Shown: positions 9,112 through 17,595 of the stretch, in pieces | How positions within the stretch are numbered: the stretch's first letter is position 1 | Layout of the letters: each line of letters opens with the position of its first letter | NCBI GenBank assembly: GCA_029781855.1 | Contig: JAKOVX010000060.1 | Span: 48,405-112,404, forward strand | Direction: 5' to 3' | DNA: 64,000 nt | DNA from: Acidobacteriota bacterium | GTDB taxonomy: Bacteria > Acidobacteriota > Blastocatellia > Pyrinomonadales > Pyrinomonadaceae | Program-made: the position numbers and the translations under genes | Notes under the pieces: generated by a model | What the model was told of the DNA's origin: nothing | What the model saw: the letters and a program-made list of their open reading frames with translations, nothing else | Databases searched by the model: none

Positions 9112-10509
9112 TCAGGCACAGGCAGCCGCCGCGGCCTCCGTTTCAAGGCCGGCGTCGATCCATGCGGTCGTTCCACCTGAGACGTTGTAAACCTTTTTAA
9201 AGCCCGCATTTTCCAGGATGCTGGCACCGAGACTCGACCTGTAACCGGTCTGGCAAATGATATAGGTCGGCACCGAAGGGTCGAGCTTCTCAAATTCGAA
9301 CGGGAGTTTGTCGAGCGGTATATTGGACGTACGAACAGCGTGTCCGGCATTGTACTCCGCGACCCGGCGGACATCGACGAACTGAATTTCTGTCCCGGTC
9401 TTGACCAATTCGTTGACTTCTTCCACCGGCACCTGTTCGATCACATTCAATTCGCCGCTATAGTCACCGATCAGGATATAACCGACTGCCGAGTCGTGCC
9501 CGACGCGGGCAAGCCGCATGAATGCCTCTTCAATTTCAGTAAGTGAACCGGCGACGATCGCGATCCGCGTCCCGATCGGGATCATCGTGCCCGACCACGA
9601 AGCAAACTGCCCGCCGAGCCAAATATTGACCGAGTTCGGAACGTGGCCCGCCCCGAAGTCCGTATTGACCCGAACATCGACAACAACGCCGTCGAATTCA
9701 GCGATCTCCTCGGTCGTCATCTTCCGAGGTTTAGCAAGTTCCTCAAGCGCCGGCGAACCCGCCAGGTTCTTTGCCGCACTTTTCGGAAAGTACATTGGTA
9801 CTTCCGGCTGGTCCGCCGCCACGATCTTTACGAATTCCTCTTTCGACATCGGCTGCAGGGCGTAATTAAATTGCCGCTGGTTGCCCAATGTCGACCACGT
9901 CTCTTTCGAAAGCGATTTTCCGCAGAGCGAACCTGCACCGTGTGCCGGATAAACCTCGGTCTCGTCCGGCAGCGGCAGGATCTTGTCGTGGATCGAATCG
10001 TAGAGCATTTCGCCCATCTGCTCCGCCGTAAAACCTTTCGAGCCGATCAGATCGGGCCGGCCGACATCTCCGATAAACAGCGTATCGCCGGTGAACATCT
10101 TTAACGGAGAGCGGACACTCTTGTCCGCATCGCCGCTCGCGGCGAGATCTTCCGCAAGGATGGTAATGCCCTCCGGCGTGTGGCCGGGCGTCTCGAGAAA
10201 TCGAAGTTTTATCGCCCCGACATTCAGTTCATCGCCATCCTTGACCTTCAGCGTTGGAAACTGGGTATTCGCCCTCTGCCCGTAAATTATCTGAGCTCCA
10301 GTCTTTGATGCCAGCTCAAGGTGGCCGCTTACAAAATCCGCGTGCGAGTGAGTTTCGATCACATACTTGATCTTCTGCCCGTTCGCCTCGGCCTCGTCTA
10401 TGTAATGCTGGATATCCCGCTGCGGGTCGATGATCGCCGCCTCGTCGCCGGATCCGAGATAATACGAAGCGTGGGACAAACACCCAAGATAAAATTGTTT
10501 GAAGTTCAT
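9112..10509 (-). CDS. MBL-fold persulfide dioxygenase fused to rhodanese domains
   Basis: The ETHSHADFVSGH metallo-beta-lactamase motif is followed by two rhodanese-like domains, with a terminal CQTGYRSS active-site loop. Confidence 0.85.
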   Translation of the reverse strand: MNFKQFYLGCLSHASYYLGSGDEAAIIDPQRDIQHYIDEAEANGQKIKYVIETHSHADFVSGHLELASKTGAQIIYGQRANTQFPTLKVKDGDELNVGAIKLRFLETPGHTPEGITILAEDLAASGDADKSVRSPLKMFTGDTLFIGDVGRPDLIGSKGFTAEQMGEMLYDSIHDKILPLPDETEVYPAHGAGSLCGKSLSKETWSTLGNQRQFNYALQPMSKEEFVKIVAADQPEVPMYFPKSAAKNLAGSPALEELAKPRKMTTEEIAEFDGVVVDVRVNTDFGAGHVPNSVNIWLGGQFASWSGTMIPIGTRIAIVAGSLTEIEEAFMRLARVGHDSAVGYILIGDYSGELNVIEQVPVEEVNELVKTGTEIQFVDVRRVAEYNAGHAVRTSNIPLDKLPFEFEKLDPSVPTYIICQTGYRSSLGASILENAGFKKVYNVSGGTTAWIDAGLETEAAAAACA

Positions 10510-10783
10510 GTTCTTATTTCTCCAGTATATGCGTACATTTTACCAATTCCGGAGAAATGCTGCGTGCTTTTTCACAAAGTCGGCACACCGCGCCCCACAA
10601 AATGACGTTCACCAACATCAAACGCAATCAATGTGCCGTTGAAGGAAAGAAATTTGACCAGGTTGGTATGAGTAGGAAGTTGGTAAATAAACCTGCCGGT
10701 TTAGGGGCGGGCTCCTTAGCTGATCGGTCGTCATGAAATTTACCGCCGGGTGATCAGCGATCCTTTAAAATTAGACAAGAACC

Positions 10784-11077
10784 TTACTGCCGCTGATTAT
10801 CCTTTTCCCAATAAATATGTTGGTCAAACTCTTTGTTCCATTTATACTGAGCGTCCTCATTGTTAACGAGCATTCCCGAATCGACACATGCCTCCAAAAT
10901 TGAGAACAATGCTCTGTTTGCGCCACCATTCACCAAGCAAGCCGCCTTGACCGAAAGCCACGTTTCTTGTGACGTATCGAACTTCATTATCCCGAGCAGA
11001 CATCCAACGTAGTAATGTGCAATTTCCGGTTCGACCCAGTTTTCAAATAGTTTTCTGATATCAAGATCATTGTTCAT
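10784..11077 (-). CDS. Hypothetical protein (orphan, low-GC)
   Basis: 97-aa ORF with no motif recognised. Local GC is about 37-40% by hand count of 60-nt lines. Confidence 0.45.
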   Translation of the reverse strand: MNNDLDIRKLFENWVEPEIAHYYVGCLLGIMKFDTSQETWLSVKAACLVNGGANRALFSILEACVDSGMLVNNEDAQYKWNKEFDQHIYWEKDNQRQ

Positions 11078-11263
11078 AGAGTTATTTTTTGAGTTCTCAG
11101 TTTCCCGAGTTATTCAATGGAAACCGGGAACATAATAACGTGGGCCTGACGCATGACCATTTTTACCAGCATCCCTACCCAATCTTCCAGTATTTCCTGA
11201 TAATTTCGTCCGACGCATTCCTGACCTAGATCTGCTTACTCTCGCCGTTAATTTTGGAATCTG

Positions 11264-11830
11264 TCATCGAATCTCAATTTCCGCGATCGCGTTTACAATA
11301 TTTCCCTTTGCTTTCAAGATATCAAGCAGCTCTTGGCCGTAAAGTTTGCGAAAATCCGGAATGCGAGCCACCCACAAATGCCTAAGCGAAATTTTCCATC
11401 GCCCTTTCTCTAGTCGCCAATCTTGGGTCGACTTTGGCGGAATCCGTAAGACCCACTCAATCTTTCGTCCGGGTTTTATAGTCAAAAACATAGGGTAAAA
11501 TGCCCCGGGGCTTGTCGCTCCCCACCCCTTGCCAGCTTTAGGAAATTCGTTATAGAAAGGGACATAGCTAATCGTTATCTCGCCATTGTTTTGCTCATAA
11601 AAGATCGGACTTTGGCTCCAATTGGCTAAGTAAATAACGGAATACGACTTATTTTCGATACAGATGGTCAAGTCTGTAGATTCACCATATGTTACAAGAT
11701 TTGAACTCGGTGTTATGCTTAATCTCACTTCTGGCACTGCTCCACTTCTAGGACGCTCTTGCCCGAAAGTCATCGGGTGATCCGAAGCCAGAATCAACAA
11801 AAAAAGAACTAATAAATATCGAATTCTCAT
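11264..11830 (-). CDS. Hypothetical secreted protein (orphan, low-GC)
   Basis: 188-aa ORF with an N-terminal hydrophobic signal-like segment MRIRYLLVLFLLILAS. No motif recognised. Confidence 0.5.
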   Translation of the reverse strand: MRIRYLLVLFLLILASDHPMTFGQERPRSGAVPEVRLSITPSSNLVTYGESTDLTICIENKSYSVIYLANWSQSPIFYEQNNGEITISYVPFYNEFPKAGKGWGATSPGAFYPMFLTIKPGRKIEWVLRIPPKSTQDWRLEKGRWKISLRHLWVARIPDFRKLYGQELLDILKAKGNIVNAIAEIEIR

Positions 11831-12084
11831 ATGCTTAACTTACCCATAATTGAGCTTCTATAGGAATCGGGGTCGGATCGGCGATATTACGATTCTCAAA
11901 CTGCACGCGATTTGTACGCTTTCATCACTTGGATGCTGGCATTCGACAAAGCGGCGGCTACGAGGGAAGGGGAGAACGAAGCCATTTCCCAAATCTTATC
12001 CCCGAATAACCCGATTGTCACGAAAAATCATATTTCAAACCGTTGCACCAGCCCGCACGTAAGTAAGGGCGGTACACTCAACGC

Positions 12085-12236
12085 GATATCCCGCCGTCCC
12101 GCACTCTCGCACTCTCACCGTCCCGCACTCTCTCTTTCCCTTTGCGCTCTTTGCGTCCTCAACTTCGCGGCCTTTGCGGTAAAAAAGATCGTTAACCGCA
12201 AAGTTCGCTAAGGAAACCCGCAAAGACCGCAAAGTC
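12085..12236. repeat. Short-period tract (CGCACTCT-type) followed by a long imperfect CTTTGCG/CGCAAAG hairpin
   Basis: The left arm cctttgcgctctttgcg...cctttgcgg pairs with the right arm ccgcaaag...cgcaaagaccgcaaag. Same family as 37921-37993 and 38072-38137. Confidence 0.7.
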
Positions 12237-12401
12237 CGCCCCACAACGCTCACAAAGGCGATGTTGCATACATAGGACATTGTGCGACCTACAACAATAT
12301 GCTAGGATAAAATTGACCATCCCGGCAGATCTATCGGCTAGGCGATCTTTGAAAAGCTGAGAGGTGTGAGCCCTATTGACGGAATAAAAGACGTCAATAT
12401 C

Positions 12402-12440
12402 CTTCTTACTTCTGGCTTCCGACTTCTTGCTTCTGGCTCC
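12402..12440. repeat. Heptamer tandem tract (CTTCNNN x5)
   Basis: Reads cttctta cttctgg cttccga cttcttg cttctgg with a 7-nt period. A related tract lies at 12596-12640. Confidence 0.7.
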
Positions 12441-12441
12441 A

Positions 12442-12556
12442 CCGTGCCACTTTATCGAGAGCAAAACGGAAGTGGCACGATATTCGAGCCCAACTATTGC
12501 AAACACGGAGGTTAACCCGTGCCACTTTGTACGTGAAGTGGAACGATTTTGAGCAC
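12442..12556. repeat. Structured element, unit 1 (word GTGGCACG)
   Basis: CGTGCCAC at 12443-12450, GTGGCACG at 12472-12479, CGTGCCAC at 12518-12525 and GTGGAACG at 12538-12545. A 36-nt conserved spacer contains CAACTATTGCAAACA and GGTTAACC. Confidence 0.7.
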
Positions 12557-12647
12557 TGATCGCAGGTCAAGGACGCCGTTCGACGACGCATCCGAAGCTC
12601 AGCTTCTTGCATCTGGCCACTGACCACTGACTACCGCCTTCCGCCGA

Positions 12648-12765
12648 CCGTCTCATTTTCCTCGACCGCGCGCACGAAGTGAGACGATTTTGGGGCTCAA
12701 CTATTGTAAACAGATGGGTTAACCCGTCTCACATTGGCGCGAGATTGAGACGATTTGAGACGACT
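12648..12765. repeat. Structured element, unit 2 (word GTGAGACG)
   Basis: CGTCTCA at 12649-12655, GTGAGACG at 12679-12686, CGTCTCAC at 12725-12732, and TTGAGACG at 12745-12752 and 12755-12762. The 36-nt spacer has identical spacing to unit 1 and carries CAACTATTGTAAACA and GGTTAACC. Confidence 0.7.
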
Positions 12766-12772
12766 ATTTTGG

Positions 12773-13483
12773 TCATCGCCGGTATTCAACGACGAATCGC
12801 GGCGGCTCATCCTCGTCACCGGGCATTTCGGTAAAATTGAGTTCCGTTAGCCCATTTTCGCCAAAACGCGAGAGATCGCGTCGCGAAAGCGGCCACGGCA
12901 GTTCGTCCGGGTCGACGTCGTCTTCCCTTCCGCGTGTGACGACCACGAGTCTGCCATTCTCGGCAACAAACCCGGCCACGGCGTCGATCACCTGCGGCCG
13001 CATTGCGAGCGGCAGCGGTTGGATCGTGTAGACCTCGAGCACGAGATCGAAACCGGTCTTGTCAGTACCACCTGCGGTAGCGGGTGGGCCAGTCTTCGCC
13101 AGCCAGGCCGCAGGCGGTTCGAAAAGGTTGCAGGTCTCAAAAACGATGTCCGTATCCGCGTGGAGACGTTTTGCCCACGCGATCGCCGACGGCGAGATAT
13201 CAAAGGCCGTTACCTTGAACCCGAGATCGTGCAAGTAACGGGCATCATCACCAAGACCGCAGCCCACGACCAACGCAGAGCGTCCGTTACCTTTCAGACC
13301 ATGGGCCTCGGCCCATGCGCGAAAATATTTGTTCGGTTCGAGGTCGGCCCACGGGATGAGTTCGTTGTTTCCATTGGATTCTTTGTACAGGGCCTCAAAC
13401 CAGCCAAACACATCGCCGCGGGCCGCAAAGTCAGCTTGAATTTCCCGTGTCCTTGCTCGGGGATCGAATTCTGATTGTTCCAT
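12773..13483 (-). CDS. Class I SAM-dependent methyltransferase
   Basis: Motif I LVVGCGLGDDARYL, followed by FDISPSAI and a FDLVLEVYT-type post-I region. Confidence 0.8.
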   Translation of the reverse strand: MEQSEFDPRARTREIQADFAARGDVFGWFEALYKESNGNNELIPWADLEPNKYFRAWAEAHGLKGNGRSALVVGCGLGDDARYLHDLGFKVTAFDISPSAIAWAKRLHADTDIVFETCNLFEPPAAWLAKTGPPATAGGTDKTGFDLVLEVYTIQPLPLAMRPQVIDAVAGFVAENGRLVVVTRGREDDVDPDELPWPLSRRDLSRFGENGLTELNFTEMPGDEDEPPRFVVEYRR

Positions 13484-13722
13484 AGAGTTAATTTAGACCT
13501 TGACCACAATATGATCCAATTCCTCAAATTATACACCTCAACGAACGGCGGCCCGAAGTTGTCGAACGCTCCATCGCAAACCGAAGCGACCCGAAGGCCA
13601 CGATCAAAACAGTTAAGATCGGTCGCCCGCCAAATCCTGATCGAGTCACTAGCCTGCTATCCGGGAAACTCCTATAATGGTTGTATACGTTTATTTGAAT
13701 ACAAATTAAGAGGACAAATACA

Positions 13723-15132
13723 TTGGCAGAACAATTTGACGTAACTATCATTGGCTCAGGACCCGGCGGATATGTCGCAGCGGTCCGTGCCGGACAACTC
13801 GGACTAAAAGTAGCAATTATTGAAAAAGAGAAAGACGCCAGACTCGGCGGAACCTGCGGGCTCCGTGGCTGTATACCGACAAAAGCGTTGCTAAATGCTG
13901 CACATCTTTATGACAAAGCCGGACACTTTGAAAATTTTGGCCTGAAGGTCAAAGAACTGAGCTACGACTGGACCGGCGTCCAAAAATATAAATCCGACGT
14001 GGTCGCCAAGAACTCGGCAGGCGTGACCTACTTGATGAAAAAGAATAAGGTCACCGTATTTAACGGTTTTGGCAAGATCGTCGGTAATGGCAAGGTCGAG
14101 GTCGCTCTCGCAGATGGCAAGAAAGAAACCATCGAGACCAAGAATATCATTATCGCTACGGGTTCGGTCGTCCGGCCGATACCGGGATTTGAGGTTGATG
14201 GCAAACAGGTCGTGAATTCCGATCAGATCCTCGAGCTGACCAGCGTGCCCAAATCGATGATCGTCATGGGCTCGGGTGCGGTCGGTGTTGAGTTCGCGAG
14301 CGTCTATCACCGCTTCGGCTGCGAAACAACCATTGTCGAACTTCTCGACAGGATCGTCCCGATCGAAGACGCCGATATATCGAAGGAACTTGCACGTGCT
14401 TTCAAGAAGCAAGGAATTCGCTGTGAGACCGGTATCAAGCTCGACAAGCTGGAAAAGAACAAAAAAGGCGTCAAGGTTTCCGGTAAAAATGCCAAAGGCG
14501 AGGATGTGACCTTCGAGGCTGAAATGCTGCTCGTGGCTGTCGGCCGCATGCCTTATCTCGAAAAACTCGGCCTCGAAAACACCAAGGTCGTTGTCAATCC
14601 ACGCGGCACTATCAAGGTCAATGAATATTGCGAAACCGGCGAGCCAAACGTTTATGCTATCGGCGATGTCATCGACACCGCGTGGCTCGCTCACCTCGCA
14701 TCGAAAGAAGGGATTCTCGTGGTAGAAAAGATCGCCGGCAAAAAGGTCGAACCGATCAAGCACAATCTGGTGCCGAACTGCACATACTGCGATCCTGAGG
14801 TTGCCAGCGTTGGTCTGACCGAGGCGAAGGCAAAGGAAGCAGGTTACGACGTCAAGATCGGAAAATTCCCATTCTCAGCCTCAGGCAAAGCACGGATCCT
14901 CGGGGAAACCGATGGTTTCGTCAAGATCGTGGCCGAGACGAAATACGACGAGGTTCTCGGGGTCCACATCATCGGCCCGCACGCGACCGAACTGTTGGCA
15001 GAAGCCTGCGTTGGTATGGCCCTAGAAACAACCGCCGACGAACTAGGCCGAATCATGCACGCCCACCCGACCGTTTCCGAGGCAGTAATGGAAGCTGCTG
15101 AAGGTGTTCATGATCTGACGATTCATATGTAA
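13723..15132 (+). CDS. lpdA: Dihydrolipoyl dehydrogenase (E3)
   Basis: GSGPGGY FAD motif, the GGTCGLRGCIPTKALL redox disulfide motif and the C-terminal HAHPTVSE. TTG start with AAGAGGA upstream. Confidence 0.93.
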   Translation: MAEQFDVTIIGSGPGGYVAAVRAGQLGLKVAIIEKEKDARLGGTCGLRGCIPTKALLNAAHLYDKAGHFENFGLKVKELSYDWTGVQKYKSDVVAKNSAGVTYLMKKNKVTVFNGFGKIVGNGKVEVALADGKKETIETKNIIIATGSVVRPIPGFEVDGKQVVNSDQILELTSVPKSMIVMGSGAVGVEFASVYHRFGCETTIVELLDRIVPIEDADISKELARAFKKQGIRCETGIKLDKLEKNKKGVKVSGKNAKGEDVTFEAEMLLVAVGRMPYLEKLGLENTKVVVNPRGTIKVNEYCETGEPNVYAIGDVIDTAWLAHLASKEGILVVEKIAGKKVEPIKHNLVPNCTYCDPEVASVGLTEAKAKEAGYDVKIGKFPFSASGKARILGETDGFVKIVAETKYDEVLGVHIIGPHATELLAEACVGMALETTADELGRIMHAHPTVSEAVMEAAEGVHDLTIHM

Positions 15133-15138
15133 AAAGGG

Positions 15139-16344
15139 ATGTCAGGACGCTGGATCTTATTGTTCGTATTTTTTGCAAGTTCGATGCCCCTCGTTTCGAA
15201 TGTCGAGGTATTTGCGCAGGAGCATTTCTTCGAGTTCAGAGGCCGTGTCGTCGACACTGCCGGGAAACCCGTAGGCGGTGCGACGGTACACGTAAGACCG
15301 AGTTGGGGCGACGGTGATCTGGTCGAGATTGGAGCGGCAGATTCAGACGGCCGATTCGTGATCAATAAGGGACCGATGCGAGAGATTCCACCCTATTGGG
15401 ATTTGTTTGCAGTGGATGAAACATCGCTCCTGGCGAACACAGGCGGTCTCTTCATGCTCGGTGAAGTCTTGTGGAAGGAAAATCATCCAGAATTTTCCGG
15501 AAAGCGAATCCGGCCGAATCGAGCGGTTGTAGATTTAGGCGATGTGAAGCTCCAGTATCGACTTTTCCCGGTGCTTCTTACCGTGCATGACTCGAGCGGC
15601 AGACCATTGATTTCGCGGGGGAAAACTCGGCATGGTGGTTTCGACCCATGGTGGATCCTGCGGGACATCAAAGGCAATATTCTTCGAGAAGGAGAATCGG
15701 GGTTTGATAGCTTCCGCTACGACAAATCGGGAGTGATGGAGGGTCTTCCCGCCGGGACCTGGCAAATCGAAGTCTGGGACGCCGAGGGCTTCAGCATTTC
15801 AGCTACTAAGTCCGTTACCGTAGGCGAAACCTTAGAGCCGCAGACCATTGCCTTTGAGTTAGCTCCCCTACAACTTCGATTCAATGGTATTCACCGCTAT
15901 CCAATAACCGGAAGACAGGCTGCACGGAGAGAATTAGCCAAGCAAGGATACAGATTTGACCAACAAACTTTCAAGCGTGTAGTTAGCAACGGGAACGATC
16001 GAATCGCGGAACAATTCGTTAAGGCAGGCATGAACCCCAACTCTTCCGATGGCACTGGCCGATTCCTAACTGACTCGGCGACGACGCATCCTCGCCTGTT
16101 GAAGATTCTCCTGGAGGCGGGAGCTGATCCCAACCGGAAGGTAATCTACGGTCTGACGCCGTTAGCAGCTATGATCGGAAATTCGAACATTCAGTCCCTT
16201 CGGATGCTTCTTGATGCCGGCGCAGATCCGTCTATTAGGGATGAGCGAGGTAAGAACGCGTTCGACTATGCGGAGGACGATGAGGAACTGCTGAAGCTGC
16301 TCGAGAGCTACCAAAGTCAGAACGCGAGGAAGAAACCACACTAA
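15139..16344 (+). CDS. Secreted protein with a CarboxypepD_reg-like domain and C-terminal ankyrin repeats
   Basis: Signal-like N-terminus. FRGRVVDTAGKPVGGATV...DSDGRFVI motif. Ankyrin-like repeats are present at the C-terminus (LLEAGADPN, LTPLAAMIGNSNIQSLRMLLDAGADPS). Confidence 0.7.
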   Translation: MSGRWILLFVFFASSMPLVSNVEVFAQEHFFEFRGRVVDTAGKPVGGATVHVRPSWGDGDLVEIGAADSDGRFVINKGPMREIPPYWDLFAVDETSLLANTGGLFMLGEVLWKENHPEFSGKRIRPNRAVVDLGDVKLQYRLFPVLLTVHDSSGRPLISRGKTRHGGFDPWWILRDIKGNILREGESGFDSFRYDKSGVMEGLPAGTWQIEVWDAEGFSISATKSVTVGETLEPQTIAFELAPLQLRFNGIHRYPITGRQAARRELAKQGYRFDQQTFKRVVSNGNDRIAEQFVKAGMNPNSSDGTGRFLTDSATTHPRLLKILLEAGADPNRKVIYGLTPLAAMIGNSNIQSLRMLLDAGADPSIRDERGKNAFDYAEDDEELLKLLESYQSQNARKKPH

Positions 16345-17579
16345 TGCCGGCGTCAAACACTTCATACCCGAGAACAAAGATCAAGATCCTTTTGCTCGAA
16401 AATATCTCCGACTCGGCTGTCGAGGAATTGCAGCACGGTGGTTATCAGGAGATCCGAAGACTGAACGGTGCCGTGAGCGAGGCCGAACTGGTCGACGCTG
16501 TAAAGGGCGTTCACCTATTGGGTATTCGCTCAAAGACCCAGATCACAAAACCCGTGCTCGAAGCAGCGGACAAGCTGCTTGCCGTCGGATGTTTCTGCAT
16601 CGGCACGAATCAGGTTGACCTGCGCTCAGCTACTGAAAATGGGATCGCGGTCTTCAATGCTCCGCATGCGAATACTAGGTCGGTGGCCGAACTTGTCATC
16701 GGGCTTTGTGTGATGCTGATCCGCAAGATCTCGGACAAGAACGCAGCCGCGCATCGCGGCGAATGGCTTAAGGAAGCGAAAGGAAGTTTTGAGCTTCGCG
16801 GCAAGACGCTTGGGATAGTTGGCTACGGCAACATCGGTTCGCAAGTCTCGACGATGGCGGAGGCGATGGGAATGCAGGTCATTTACTATGACATTGCGAC
16901 CAAACTGCCGCTCGGCAACGCGAAACCGATGCGGAGTCTCAGCGAGCTGCTTCAGGCATCGGATATAGTGACGCTGCACGTTCCATCGGACGCGACTACG
17001 CGTAACATGATCAACGCCCAAACGCTCGCAGATCTCAAAAACGGCAGCATTTTGCTCAATTACAGCCGCGGCGATGTCGTCGACCTGGAAGCTCTTAGAA
17101 ATTCGATCGATTCGGGCAAGCTGTCCGGTGCGGCCGTTGATGTTTTTCCACACGAACCCGAAAAGAACGGCGATGCATTTTCGTCGGTGCTTCAGGGCTT
17201 GCCCAACGTCATCCTGACGCCGCATATTGGCGGTTCGACCGAGGAAGCTCAGGCAAATATTGGCCTCGACGTAACGGCCAAGCTGATCAAGTATCTCGAA
17301 CTGGGCACCAGCGAAGGCTCACATACGGTTCCGCCCGTCAGCCTTCCGCCCCAAGAGGACACTCACCGGATTCTGCATATTCATCGCAATATTCCGGGCG
17401 TCCTCGGCGAAATAAACTCCAGGCTGTCAAAACGCGGGATCAATATAACAGGGCAGTATCTGAAAACCAACGAGCAAATAGGTTACGTAATTCTTGATGT
17501 CGACAGTAATATTTCGAACGAGGCGTTTGAGATCCTCAAGGACGTCGACGGAACAGTGAAAACAAGGCTCGTTTATTGA
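16344..17579 (+). CDS. serA: D-3-phosphoglycerate dehydrogenase (long, ACT-domain type)
   Basis: 411 aa with a 2-hydroxyacid dehydrogenase NAD motif (GIVGYGNIGSQV) and an ACT-like C-terminus. The ATG overlaps the preceding stop (TAATG). Confidence 0.9.
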   Translation: MPASNTSYPRTKIKILLLENISDSAVEELQHGGYQEIRRLNGAVSEAELVDAVKGVHLLGIRSKTQITKPVLEAADKLLAVGCFCIGTNQVDLRSATENGIAVFNAPHANTRSVAELVIGLCVMLIRKISDKNAAAHRGEWLKEAKGSFELRGKTLGIVGYGNIGSQVSTMAEAMGMQVIYYDIATKLPLGNAKPMRSLSELLQASDIVTLHVPSDATTRNMINAQTLADLKNGSILLNYSRGDVVDLEALRNSIDSGKLSGAAVDVFPHEPEKNGDAFSSVLQGLPNVILTPHIGGSTEEAQANIGLDVTAKLIKYLELGTSEGSHTVPPVSLPPQEDTHRILHIHRNIPGVLGEINSRLSKRGINITGQYLKTNEQIGYVILDVDSNISNEAFEILKDVDGTVKTRLVY

Positions 17580-17595
17580 GTTTGACGATCGGGTC

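Noticed and set aside
11850-12627. ORFs 11850-12062, 11912-12211, 12035-12280, 12192-12506 and 12406-12627
   Set aside because: They are translations of heptamer tracts and hairpin repeats (e.g. LCALCVLNFAAFAVKK, ARSKKSEARSKK). They overlap one another and have no RBS.
12482-12724. Possible CRISPR-like or tracr-like repeat (minus-strand GTTTGCAATAGTTGGGCTCGAAT / GTTTACAATAGTTGAGCCCCAAAAT)
   Set aside because: Only two copies exist, about 205 nt apart, with no regular spacer array and no cas, tnpB or iscB gene in the window. It is treated as part of the structured repeat instead.
13891-14763. 290-aa ORF on the minus strand
   Set aside because: It is antisense to lpdA, which is strongly supported.
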